NCBI RefSeq assembly: GCF_006345805.1
Contig: NC_043002.1
Coordinates: 29,078,001 to 29,142,000, forward strand
Direction of reading: 5' to 3'
DNA length: 64,000 bases
DNA from: Octopus sinensis
Taxonomy: Eukaryota
Shown in pieces: positions 28,146 through 41,111 of this stretch. Made by a program: the position numbers and the translations under genes. The notes beneath the pieces were generated by a model. That model was not told where the DNA came from. It was given only the letters and a program-made list of their open reading frames with translations, and did no database searches. Every line of letters begins with the position of its first letter. The stretch's first letter is position 1.

Positions 28146-29300
28146 TAGTAGTAATAACACCAGCTGTAGTAGTGGTGGTTGTGGTGGTGGTGGTGGTGGT
28201 TGCGGTGGTGACTGTTGTGGTACTGCTCGTAATGTTGGAATGGTTGTGGTTGTGATGGTGGTGGTGGCTATAGCAATAGTAGTAGTAGTTATAGTAGTAG
28301 TTGTTGTTGTAGTAGTAGTAGTAGCAGTAGTAGTGGTGGTTGTGGTGATGGTGGCTGTGGTCGTACTGCTCGTAATACTGGTAATGGTCGTGATGGTGGT
28401 GGCTATAGTAGTAGAAGTAGCAGTAGTAGTAGTTGTGGTGGTGGTGGTGATTCTGGTGGTGCTGTTTGCGATGGTGGCTGCGGTGGTGGCGGTGATTCTG
28501 GTGGTGCTGTTTGCGATGGTGGTTGTGGTGGTACTGCTCATATTACTAGTAGTGGTTGTGGTGTTGGTGGTTGTAGTAGTGGTGACTGTTGTGGCTTTTA
28601 TTGCAGTTGTAGTGGTAGCGGCTGTTGAGGAGATAGTGGCGTAGGTATTAGCCATAGGGATTTGTTGATGGTGATACCGGGCGTGTTGTTGATGTTGTTA
28701 TGCTGGTGTTGTTGTTGTTATGCTGATGGTGTTGATGGTTGCAGTGGTTGTAAAGATGACGTTATTAGTGGTAGTTGTAACGATAGCAGTTGCGGTAGTT
28801 GTAACGATAGTAGTGATAGTGATATTGTGGGTGTTGGCTGTAGTAGTTGTGCTTATGCAGTGTGAGGTGGTTTCATTGTTGTTGTAGAGGTTCTAGTGTT
28901 GGCTGTAATGACGGTAGTTATAGTGGTATTTTTAGTGGTAGTGGTATGGTCGAAGTGTACTAATTGTAGTGTTTGATGGTGTTAATGGTGTTGGCAGTAG
29001 TGATGGTGGTGTTGATGGTATGGTTGTCCTCTTCCTTTAAGTGATTGTGATGAATGTAGTTGTAGTGTTTGTTTTAGTGTTGCTATTGCTGATAGTGGTT
29101 GTAGTATTATTTGTGGTGATGGTAGTAGTCGTAGTGGTGATGGGAATTGTGGTTTGTCCTTGTGGTCCTGATTAGTGTTAGCGTCGGTGGTGTTTACAAT
29201 GGTATGGTGGTAGTCATAGTTATAGAGTTTCAAATTTTTGTTAAGATGGTGGGTGTAATAATGTTGGTAACGGCGGATGCAGTTTTGGTTTTGCTGGTGA
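28100..29300. repeat. Long degenerate (GTA/GTG/GTT) trinucleotide tract
   Basis: Triplet periodicity and strong G/T strand bias; source of the 199-aa poly-V and 187-aa poly-T ORFs. Confidence 0.9.
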
Positions 29301-29306
29301 TTCTAG

Positions 29307-29632
29307 TGTGAAGGCGCATGGCTCAGTGGTTAGAGCGTAGAGCTTACGATCGTTAGGTTGTGAGTTCGATTCCCGGACTGGGCTGCGTGTTGTATTCTTG
29401 AGCAAGAAACTTATTTCACGTTGCTCCAGTTAACTCAGCTGTAGAAATGAGTTGCGACATCACCGGTGCCATGCTGTATCAGCTTTTGCCTTTCCCTTGG
29501 ATAACATGAGTGGTGTGGAGAGGGGTAGCCATGGGCGACTGCAGGCCTTCCATAAAAAACCTTGCCTGGACTGTACCTCGGAAAATAACTTTCTAGTTGC
29601 AACCCCATGGTCTTTCATAACCGAAGGAGGTC
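29307..29632 (+). mobile_element. tRNA-derived SINE family C, full copy
   Basis: A-box TGGCTCAGTGG, B-box GAGTTCGATTCC, anticodon-like loop CTTACGA (tRNA-Arg-like); copies at 3526 and 58680. Confidence 0.85.
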
Positions 29633-29834
29633 TCCCTAGTGATAGTATTGGCGCTAGTGCTATTGTGGTTTTGGCAGAGGAAATGGCTCTGGTAGTTTAT
29701 ATAATGCTGGCCATTTTACTGAGTCGTAATGATTTCAATGTTTGCATTGGTAGAGTAGGTAGCGGTAGAAGTGTTGATGTTAGTAATGATACATCGCTTT
29801 ACTACTGATGCTGATGTTTTTACATTTACGTAAT

Positions 29835-29975
29835 ATAGCGGTTCGGCAAAGAGATCGATAGAATAAGTACTATTCATACCAAGGATAAGTTCTGGTGTCG
29901 ATTTGTTCGACTAAATGCGGTGCGACAGCATGGGCACAGTCAAATGGCTGAAACAAGTAAAAGATAAAAAAATAA
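29835..29975 (+). mobile_element. SINE family A 3' half
   Basis: TAGCGGTTCGGCAAAGAG...GCTGAAACAAGTAAAAG. Confidence 0.75.
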
Positions 29976-30179
29976 AAGAATATATATATGTATATATATA
30001 TATATATATAATATATATATTATATATATATATATATATGTATAGATATTTATATATATATATATATATTATATATATTATATATATTATTATATATATA
30101 TATATATATGTATATTAAGATATATAAATGGAAAATATATAAACGCCTCCCGTTCGCTTTTACATTTAGCATACGTTAC

Positions 30180-30291
<112 letters not shown>

Positions 30292-30299
30292 TTATATAT

Positions 30300-30624
30300 A
30301 TATTTTTTGGCCGAAATCAGATCGCCATGTTGATTCGCTAGCTTTTGCACGCATATATTTTTTCTCTCCTTCTTTCTGTGTTTTTTTTCTCTGTGTATCT
30401 TTCTGTTGAAGAGCGTAGGCTCGAAACGTTAAAGACTTGTTTCATTTATATTTCCTGAGCGCCATACTAATACAATTGTTTGTTTGTATTCCACCTGCCT
30501 TCGTCTTTTGTTTATTTCCGTAAACCTGCCTTCGTCTTTTGTCTATTTTCATAAAGCTTACGTTATATATATAACGGTAAGCTTTATGAAATAGACAAAA
30601 GACGAAGGCAGGTTTTACGGAAAT
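30300..30624 (+). mobile_element. (TA)n-embedded short repeat family H3 with hammerhead-like motif and fold-back end
   Basis: GAGCGTAGGCTCGAAA block and CACCTGCCTTCGTCTTTTG block recur in reverse complement at 47245-47395. Confidence 0.6.
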
Positions 30625-30649
30625 ATATATATTTATATATATATATATA

Positions 30650-31060
30650 TCTCTTCTCTATATATAAACGGCAGTTTGTCTGTATGTGTGTCTGTGTGGC
30701 TGTCAGATTGTACCCTCACCCTGACCACGGCTTTCAACCGATTCTAATGAAACTTGACACACACATAGCCCAATGTCATAATTCAAAACCAACGCAGCGA
30801 AAATTTTGAAAAGTTCCCCCAGTTCTGAAAAACATCGATAAATTCGACATGGAGTCGAGAATCTAAGCTTTTTATATGGAACACATTTTCTGTCGGGAGA
30901 CAGCTAGGAACATCGTATACATAGAAGTATTCGAGTGAAGAGAAGACATTGCAACCTACACATGCACCTTCGTTCCCTAGAGGGAGAGAACTAGATTGGG
31001 ATTAGTCGTTGCCTACTAGGGGCTCTTACATACTCGGGCAATGCCGGGCTATGCTGCTAG
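30650..31060 (+). mobile_element. Non-autonomous Helitron
   Basis: A|TC 5' end, CTAG|T 3' end, GC hairpin CTCGG-GCAATG-CCGGG 8 nt upstream of CTAG; 5' ~210 bp shared with 46183-46549. Confidence 0.8.
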
Positions 31061-31074
31061 TGTATATATAAAAC

Positions 31075-31378
31075 ACCGTGATCACCGTGACCGACTAGGC
31101 TATCAGATGTTGCTTCAGCTCGCTGGTCACAATGCGCTTCGCATTGTTTTAGCCGTCAGATGACTGGCTAAGCGAGTAGGCCAATAGAAGAAAGAGTGAG
31201 AGAAATTTGTAGCAAAAGAGTACAGCAGGGATCGCCACCAGCCCCTGCCGGAGCCTAGTAGAGCTTTTTAGGTGTTTTCGCTCAATAAACACTCACAACG
31301 CCCGGTCTGGGAATCGAAACCGCGATCCTACAACCGCGAGTCGGCTGCCATAACTACTGTAAAATTACGCCTCCACAT
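31075..31378 (-). mobile_element. SINE family D
   Basis: Reverse complement similarity to 8541-8810. Confidence 0.7.
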
Positions 31379-31561
31379 ACACACACCACAAACACACACA
31401 CAGACACACACACACACATATATTCTTTTATTTTTTGTTCTTATATTTGTGTCAGTCATTTGACTGCGGCCATGCTGTTGCGCTACATTTAGTCGAGCAT
31501 ATTTATATATAGTTGACTGCCTGTCTATCTGTCTGTCTATTTCTCTCTCTCTCTCCCTTAT

Positions 31562-31562
31562 C

Positions 31563-31650
<88 letters not shown>
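31562..31650. repeat. (CTAT)n microsatellite
   Basis: Directly visible. Confidence 0.95.
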
Positions 31651-31822
31651 TATCTATATGCAGACATACAGATAGGTATACCATATGTGTATAAATGGTG
31701 CACATAAATATGTGTACGTATATATATAAATGCATATACGCGCATGAATGTATTTACATACCTATATATATGTGCATGTGCGTATGTTTTACATACACAC
31801 ACGCACGCACACACACACACAT

Positions 31823-31854
<32 letters not shown>

Positions 31855-32661
31855 GAGTGCGTGTGCGTGTGTGGGCATGCCTTTGTGTGTGCAAGAAAGT
31901 ATATACTCATACTCACATATTACTATTGACATTTTAGTGTCCAACATATGAAGAAAAATATCTGAATATAATGACTTTTGGCTTTGCCACCCCACAATCC
32001 ACTCCCATATATACACACAAATACAAAACAACGTGCACAGACATTTTCAATATACACACACATACACGCATATATACATGTAAACACACACGCATACATT
32101 ACCTTCACATCCCTCTACCCATTCCCTCTCTACATCTATCCTATATGTTTTTTACTAGAATTGTGTCAGTAATTATTTTATATTTCCCTCTTACACACGT
32201 TACATATACATGCACAACCACAAGTAAACATTCATAAACACTCGTCCAGGCAAACACACACACAATAAATGTATGTATATATATATATACACACAAAGAC
32301 ATATCATTTATAGATGCATGCTAATACGGCCATATACACACATACATACACATATATAAATATGTATACCCACAAGAGGATACAAGAGAGACAGAGACAG
32401 AGAGAAACAAGGAAAATGCCCCTTGTATTTGAATACTATGCAAATATTCTTTTAAAATACTTTTCATATAATTTTTCCAAAATTTAATTGCTTTCCATAC
32501 TAACAGTTGAAAAAGTCTCAATGACCGAAACCGATATTGAATTTTTTGTTATAAAACTATTTTAGCATTTTCTACTTCTAAATTGTTTTGCATATATATA
32601 TATATATAATATATATACATATATACACGCGAGCACACGTTGACACAGACACACATTCACA

Positions 32662-32845
32662 CACGAGGTGGTGCTGAAAGACCCTGGCTGAAGGGTAACA
32701 CGAAAAGGAGGCTGGAAGCCCGCCGAACTTCCGAGTTCGTTTACAAGGATTAGAAAAGCTGAACACCGCTGCAATAAGTGTGTGAATCTGATTCTCCTGT
32801 ATTTTCCTTTACTCAAAGCCAGGAACTTTTCAGCATCCCTTCGTA
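32662..32845. mobile_element. Tc1/mariner-type MITE
   Basis: Imperfect ~28-bp TIRs CACGAGGTGGTGCTGAAAGACCCTGGCT and rc TACGAAGGGATGCTGAAAAGTTCCTGGCT. Confidence 0.7.
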
Positions 32846-32849
32846 ATAT

Positions 32850-32897
<48 letters not shown>

Positions 32898-33742
32898 AAC
32901 AACACACACTTACACAGATGTAGACACACACACATATATTACGTTCACATGCATATATAATGCAAACGTAAGTAATACTGTAATCTATGGATATTTTGTT
33001 TGTGTGTGTACGTGTTTTCTGAAATCTATTGTTTTCCTTATAATTATACTCTTTCTATTTCTTAATAGTGCACAATTCTCCGTCTTCTTCTCCCTCTTAA
33101 CAACTCTCGAGAATATACGTGTGCTTTTTTTTATACATGATAACTGGCTCTCTTTATCACTCACATTGTAACTCTTTACTCTCTCTCTCATTCCTTCACA
33201 CATTCTCACTCTATATTTATCAAACCACATTTCCAATACAAGTCTTTTCGAAATGACGTGTTTTATTTTATTTTATTTATTTTTGTCTTCACTGTCACAT
33301 ACATAATTACGCAAAGGCATAGCTCTGAGTCTTGATGTCACAACGTGTATACTCGGCTCCAGAATGTTATGACAAATGGAAACCCGCGCGGAGGTCTGTA
33401 CTACACACACACATAAACGTACCGTACACACACGTAAATATTCAACATACATATATATGTATATATACATATATATATGTTATATTATATATATATATAT
33501 ATATATAATAAATATTAGGGAATAATCCAAATTTACAGGGAAAAAAAACAGATTTAGGATTAAATCCAATTTTATAGTAAAATATTATAAATATTAATTA
33601 GAGACAAAACCACTATTTTGCAAAAACAGACAAGGAAAGACTTATCAATAATAAAATTTTAATAAAAAGTAAAAAAAACGCCACTACAATTGTTCTTGTC
33701 CTGATCGACAATCTTCAGGTGGATTTCAATAAGTCAGTTTCA

Positions 33743-33785
<43 letters not shown>

Positions 33786-33927
33786 TGAGTGTATTTTTAC
33801 CCTTGTTAACAATTAACACGGAAATTATATACATATATATATATAATATATATATACATATATATATATATATAATATATATACATATATACACGCGAGC
33901 ACACGTTGACACAGACACACATTCACA

Positions 33928-34110
33928 CACGAGGTGGTGCTGAAAGACCCTGGCTTGAAGGGTAACACGAAAGGCCAGGCTGGAAGCCCGAACTTCCGAG
34001 TTCGTTTACAAGGATTAGAAAAGCTGAACACCGCTGCAATAAGTGTGTGAATCTGATTCTCCTGTATTTTCCTTTACTCAAAGCCAGGAACTTTTCAGCA
34101 TCCCTTCGTA
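33928..34110. mobile_element. Tc1/mariner-type MITE, duplicated copy
   Basis: Same as 32662-32845. Confidence 0.7.
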
Positions 34111-34746
34111 TATATATATATATATATATACACAAACACATACACACTTACACAGATGTAGACACACACACATATATTACGTTCACATGCATATATATGC
34201 AAACGTAAGTACATACATGTAATCTATGGATATTTTGTTTGTGGTGTGTACGTGTTTTCTGAAATCTATTGTTTTCCTTATAATTATACTCTTTCTATTT
34301 CTAATAGTGCACAATTCTCCGTCTTCTTCTCCCTCTTAACAACTCTCGAGAATATACGTGTGCTTTTTTTTATACATGATAACTGGCTCTCTTATCACTC
34401 ACATTGTAACTCTTTACTCTCTCTCTCATTCCTTCACACATTCTCACTCTATATTTCAAACCACATTTCCAATACAAGTCTTTTCGAAATGACGTGTTTT
34501 ATTTTATTTTATTTATTTTGTCTTCACTGTCACATACATAATTACGCAAAGGCATAGCTCTGAGTCTTGATGTCACAACGTGTATACTCGGCTCCAGAAT
34601 GTTATGACAAATGGAAACCGCGCGGAGGTCTGTACTACACACACACATAAACGTACCGTACACACACGTAAATATTCATACATACATATATATATTATAG
34701 TACATATCTATATATGTTATATATATATATATATAATATATATATA

Positions 34747-34992
34747 TAATAAATATTAGGGAATAAATCCAAATTTACAGGAAAAAAATCAGATTTAGGA
34801 TTAAATCCAATTTTATAGTAAAATATTATATAATATTAATTAGAGACAAAACCACTATTTTGCAAAACAAACAAGGAAAGACTTAATCAATACATAAAAT
34901 TTTAATAAAAAGTAAAAAAAACCGCCACTACAATTGTTTCTTGTCCTGATCGACAATCTTCAGGTGGATTCCCAATAAGTCAGTTTCAACAC
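34747..34992 (-). mobile_element. (TA)n-embedded hammerhead-bearing short repeat, family H2
   Basis: Flanked by (TA)n on both sides; copies at about 33507-33745 and 51355-51540. Confidence 0.7.
34925..34967 (-). ncRNA. Minimal type-I hammerhead ribozyme (H2)
   Basis: CCAC-CTGAAGA-TTGTC GATCAG GACAA-GAAA-C AATT G-TA-GTGG: intact core, 4-bp stem I, 5-bp stem II, palindromic stem III. Confidence 0.8.
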
Positions 34993-35101
34993 TATATATA
35001 TATATATATTATATATAATAATATATATATATATATATATATAAATAGGTGAGTGTATTTTTACCTTAATTAACCAATTAACACGGAAAATATATATACA
35101 T

Positions 35102-35135
<34 letters not shown>

Positions 35136-35140
35136 ATATA

Positions 35141-35179
<39 letters not shown>

Positions 35180-35702
35180 ACTATATCTGTAACTATATCT
35201 ATACATGTATACGTATATATGTGTCTATATATGTATGATATATATATATATGTATGGTGTGTGTGTGTGTACAAGGTTATTAGGATATGGTATATTAAGG
35301 TATGCATGTATGTATATATATACTGGAGTATTATGATATGAGGGTAAATATACTTTTTAGCACTATAGCTAATATCAGGAAATATGATACGAATACAATC
35401 ATTGTAATATAAATTTGAGTGGGTCGCTTGGTGCTTTTGCAAAATAATGTAGTGAATACTAAATTTCAAACAAAAAAAACCACAAAATATATTTCTCACC
35501 TTAAAAGTAAATATGATAAAACAAATGTCTCATGTGTATTTGTGGAACTGAAATATGTTATACTAATAATTTTTCAAAATTTTATCAAAATATTTGCAAA
35601 CTCCTAAACCTATCACTGTAATAATGACAAATTTGAATTCTTGAGAAAGTTAGTATGTAATTAGGTGGGTTACCAAAATGGCGTTATACCCACCTCTCTC
35701 TC

Positions 35703-35740
<38 letters not shown>

Positions 35741-36865
35741 CATATAATACAGACTCTAATGATTCCTAAGGATACGGACTCTGATGTTAAAGTAATGTAG
35801 TCTGGGGAAACGCGCGTAGCAATGTATTAAATATTTATAAATTCTATCCTAGTGTTATTATATTTGGTGTAGAGTATATCGGTATAACCATGATGTAACC
35901 CCGAAAAACTGGCTTATTATATTATTAGACTATATCCGGCATAATGACATAGGAGCTTTATTTGCACACCCTTAATGCTATCATAAACAAATTTAAAATA
36001 TATAAATACACCCACACACCCACACACCCACCTACACACACATATGAATGCATACAAAGCGAGAAAATAATAAAGGCTTTCGAACTTCTTTCAATATCAA
36101 AAATGTAAATTTGTTTAAACTGAGCAAATTATATTTTCACTTCTATCTTTTATCTCTTTGATAGTTTGTTTAAAAATACCACGCGTCTCTTCAATATTAA
36201 CTGATTCTAAACTACTCGGGCATTATGAAAAATACAGAATGCGATTTCAAATATGTTATGTTACTAATTGTCTAGTAGTATTGTTCTTTCACTTCTTTTA
36301 CTATTCTCTATTACATTTGCGTGCATCTATTTATAATTACAAATAAATTTTTTGCGTTACTTTTTGTGTTACCAGTGCAATGTTCTCATTAAAAATTTAT
36401 CGCTACACACATTCTATAGAATACGCAGCCAGTACAGAAAGTTACGAGACTTGGTATTGACGTATTCGTATACAAAACATAAGTATCAGTGCTGGTTTTA
36501 AATTCACTAGAAAATCTGTAGAGATAAACTTGAAAATGTTTAACCACGTTATATAACTGGTATTCAAGTTGTTTACTCAGGAAGAGTGAAATGTAAGTTT
36601 GAGTTAGGAATCCGGAGAGAGTCGAATTGTAAGGAAATGAGACGAAGCTGAGCGTCATTTTTCATTTTCCGTTACCAAAGTATACTGATGATAATGACGA
36701 TGGTGACAGAGATGTAGAGGATAGTTAAGATGAGGATGACAATGATAACAATGATGGTGTTCGTGACAGTAGTGGTGATAGTGAAGTATATTATAACGAT
36801 GGTGATGATGCGGTTGCGAAAACTGATGATACTGATGATAAAGATGAGATTAACGTTGAAAAACA

Positions 36866-36949
<84 letters not shown>
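36866..36949. repeat. (GAT)n microsatellite
   Basis: Directly visible. Confidence 0.95.
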
Positions 36950-37714
36950 GGTGGATGGCGGGGACGAATGATGAAATCATGTTATTATAGCTATGGTAGT
37001 GGTGGTGGTAGAGAAGAAGGTGACGATGGTGATGATGATGAGGAAGGGGAACAGGAGGAGGTTTATTGTGAAGATGATAATGGTGAAAGTAGTACTAATG
37101 GTGTTGCAAGTTGGTGGAATGACAGAGAGTAGGTACGCGGGAAGTGATCGGTTCTGAATTATTATTTATCGATTATACCAACCTTATTCATTATTTGTTT
37201 CGTCGACCTCATGTGAGTGTAATCCAATGTCGACACTGACAGAATTTGACACCCCACGATACAAAGGATATATATATTATACACAGTAAAATCTTTTACC
37301 GTTACTATCAGCCAATGGCCAATGTTCAAAAGGATAATTTCTAAAGCAGAAGCAAGAGTGCAATTATCTTACAGCATGATCACTAAAATAAGTACGAATC
37401 AGGCTATGAAGGGGATTCATGTTCCTAAAAAATACATCATAGATGTGAAAGGAATTATGACAGATTGCGGTTATCACAGAAGGCTCTTCTAAAATGGAAA
37501 TTAATCTTGGCAGGATTTAAAGGTAAAACACGTAAGTTCTTAATTTAGATGCATAAATACTATAAGACCAGCCGACCATAATCTCTATACTGAAAACATC
37601 GTCAGAAATTTTTGGTAGCTGATATAGACCATGAGCTCGGTCTCGTATATGACTCATTTTAATGGTCCCAGAAAGGAAAGTGCAAGTATCACTTAAAAAG
37701 TTTAAGGAATTTCT

Positions 37715-37926
37715 TTCAAATTTTGGCACAATATCTGAAATCTTGAGGTAAGGAGACAATCGATTGCATCGACTTCAGTACTTATTAGGTATTCTATTTT
37801 ATTAACCTTGAGAGGCTGAAAGGCAAATTTGACCTCGGCGGAAATTGAACTCAGAACGTAAAAACCCGGAATAAATTCCCTTAAGCACTTTGCCAGCACG
37901 CTAACGATCTTTTCATTTCGCCGCCT
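37715..37926 (-). mobile_element. SINE family B
   Basis: GACCTCGGCGGAAATTGAACTCAGAACG...CGCCGCCT. Confidence 0.75.
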
Positions 37927-38086
37927 AAATAATAGTAAATATAATTATTATGATGTCTCATTTGGCCATAAGGCCAAGAGTTTTGAGGCGAGAAATTAGC
38001 CTACACTATCGATCCAATATTTCACTGGTACACTATGTTAATGTTTCACAAGGATGAAAGACAAAATTAACATCGGATGTTGTTAA

Positions 38087-38132
<46 letters not shown>

Positions 38133-38254
38133 GATGATGATGATGGTGGTGGTCGTGGTGGTGGTTTCAAATTTTGGCACAAAGTGAGCAATTTAGTAGG
38201 AAGGGGTTAAGTGGATTACATCGACGCCAGTTCTCAACACTGCTTAAACAAAGC

Positions 38255-38365
38255 CCGATAGATAAAGTACTAAGCTTACAAAGAATAAGTCCTGGGGTCG
38301 ATTTCTCCGACTAAAGGCGGTACTCCAGTATGGCCTCAGTCAAGTGACTGAAACAAGTAGCGGAA
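38255..38365 (+). mobile_element. SINE family A tail
   Basis: AAGAATAAGTCCTGGGGTCGAT...GACTGAAACAAGTA. Confidence 0.75.
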
Positions 38366-38514
38366 AAAAAAACGAAGAATTATTTCTGCTATAGGCACAA
38401 GGCCTGAAATTGTGGGGGAGGAGCTAGTCAGCTATATCGATCTCAGTGCATAACTGGCACTTACTTTAATTACTCCGAAAGGAGGAAAGCCAAACGGTGG
38501 AATTTGAACTGAGT

Positions 38515-38515
<1 letters not shown>

Positions 38516-38568
<53 letters not shown>

Positions 38569-38592
38569 GTAATAATAATAATAATAATAATG

Positions 38593-38656
<64 letters not shown>
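38516..38656. repeat. (ATA)n-(ATG)n microsatellite
   Basis: Directly visible. Confidence 0.95.
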
Positions 38657-38657
<1 letters not shown>

Positions 38658-39290
38658 ATGTGATAATGGAGGAGAAGCAATAAATCATATTGTCTCTAAC
38701 TGGTCAGTTCTGGCTAAGAAAGACTGTATTCACACACTATGAAATAACAGAAAAAGATGGTACAGACACAGTCCAGAAATGGTCGAAGAAAATGTGAAAG
38801 CAACCATGCTCTGAGATATGCCAATACAAACAGATAGAGAAACCAAAGCTAATAGACCAGGTATAGTTGTCAGAGATGACTAAGAAAAAATATTTCTTCA
38901 AATTGATAATACCAATATTATACCTGTATCAATACCAACAGATGTCAAAGTTTTTCTAAAAGAAATGGAGGAACTTTCAAAATACAAGGATATAGAAATG
39001 GAGGTAATTCGGATTGGAATCTAAAAACAGAAACAATTCCTATCATAGTAGGCGTATTAGGTATGATAAAAAAAATACAAAAAGAAAATTCAGAGAAATA
39101 CATATCCATAACATCAGGACTTACAAGTGTATATAACATACAGAAAATAGCACTACTAGGCACTGCATATATGCTACGTAAAGCACTTCCAAAACGGCGA
39201 AAAACAGACCACATACCAAAGGTACACAGTTACTTTCGGTAATGCAGTGAAAGCACGTAATAAAAATAAGACTACTGAATAATAATAATA
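38655..39290 (+). pseudogene. 3' fragment of an R4/Dong-clade (restriction-like endonuclease) non-LTR retrotransposon
   Basis: ICDNGGEAINHIVSNW (decayed CCHC knuckle), WYRHSPE, KANRPGIVV (cf. RPDIVV), SKYKDIE, TIPIIVGVLG, QKIALLGTAYMLRK; (AAT)n tail at 39278-39290. Confidence 0.85.
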
Positions 39291-39501
39291 GTTTCAAATT
39301 TTGTCACAAGGCCAGCAATTTTGGGAGAAGGAGAAAGTCCATTAAATCGACCCCAGTCTTCAACTGATACTTATTTTTATCGACCCCGAAATGATGAAAG
39401 GCAAAGTCGACCTCGGCGGAATTTGATCTCAGAGCTTAATGACGGAGAAAATGTCACTAAGCATTTTGCACGGCTTGCTAACGATACTGCCAGCTTGCCG
39501 A
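39291..39501 (-). mobile_element. SINE family B
   Basis: ATCGACCCCGAAATGATGAAAGGCAAAGTCGACCTCGGCGGAATTTG. Confidence 0.8.
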
Positions 39502-39502
39502 C

Positions 39503-39795
<293 letters not shown>

Positions 39796-40467
39796 GCGAT
39801 AAAAAACATTCTAACAACATCAATATTAAATAAATAATGCTATCCTAGAACCCCACCCTTATTCTCCGTGAAAAAAAATCTTGGGAACTTGGAAAAAAAC
39901 CGGAAGATGGCATTACACACATATAATATGGGGGATAAGGTCACGTGATAAGGCAACTTTAATGTGCTGTAGATGGCTGATATAAATGTCATAAATATTT
40001 ATGAAACGGTTCCCCGCCCCAAAATTGTTAACTTCATACTGACACGAAGGTCAAGGGAAAATACGTTGGGAAGGGTGGTTGATGCGGTAGTGTTTTAGAG
40101 AGGAAAGATGTGCGTGTTTGTATGTATTTGTGTGTGCATCTATATGTGTACGTGTGTGTATTTGATTGAGTGTGTGTGTGTGTGAATGAGAGATAGAGAT
40201 AGAGAGAGAGAGAGAGAAAAAAGGAGAAAAAAAAGAGATAGAGAGGTAGAGAGAAACAGATTTAGAGTAATTTTTCACAAGCCAAATATTCTTGTCAATT
40301 TTGTGTAAATTGCCCATCTGTGTCCATATGTGTGTGTGTGTGTAAGTATGTACATATACATAGTATTGTATGTATATATATATATATATATATAAATATA
40401 TAGAATATACACATATGCATATATATAAATATATATATACGTACATATATTTATATATATAAAAGTG

Positions 40468-40510
<43 letters not shown>

Positions 40511-40932
40511 TATAGAGGTGTAGAGTAGATAAATAGGTCGCATTTTATCACTTATACACACACATACAGACACACACACCAACACACCAGGCAAACACAT
40601 GCATACGTAAATACTTTACTTCTGTGCGTGTGCGTAGGTGTGTGTGTGTATGTATGTCTGCGTGCGTGTGGCTGTTTGTGAGTGTTTGTGTGTATATATA
40701 TGCGGAGCACACGAACATACACATATGGAGACAGATGTTCACATATATACATGACAGATACGGAAATGGGTATGTAGGAGAAAGAAAAAGAAAGACATAT
40801 GTAAATGTATATATGTGTACAAACTACTCGACCCATTTATATGTATATATTGTATCTTTTCACGTATATACGTGTTTATACTTAACACATATCCATGTTT
40901 CTGCACCCGCTCATGTAATTGCATGCATACGT

Positions 40933-40994
<62 letters not shown>

Positions 40995-41059
40995 GAGCGA
41001 GAGAGAGAGAGAGATATTCTTCTACACACATTACATATATATACATGTATATATATATA

Positions 41060-41111
<52 letters not shown>

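Larger units (their letters stand above)
32590..35105. repeat. Tandem duplication of a ~1.25-kb unit (32590-33835 and 33836-35105)
   Basis: Colinear near-identical copies differing mostly by 1-3-bp indels; junctions lie in (TA)n. Confidence 0.9.

Noticed and set aside
28045-28655. Overlapping 199-aa and 187-aa mucin-like ORFs
   Set aside because: Triplet slippage tract that is open in several frames by composition alone
29307-29385. tRNA-like heads (also 8541 and 6883) as true tRNA genes
   Set aside because: No complete acceptor stem, and they continue into multi-copy SINE bodies
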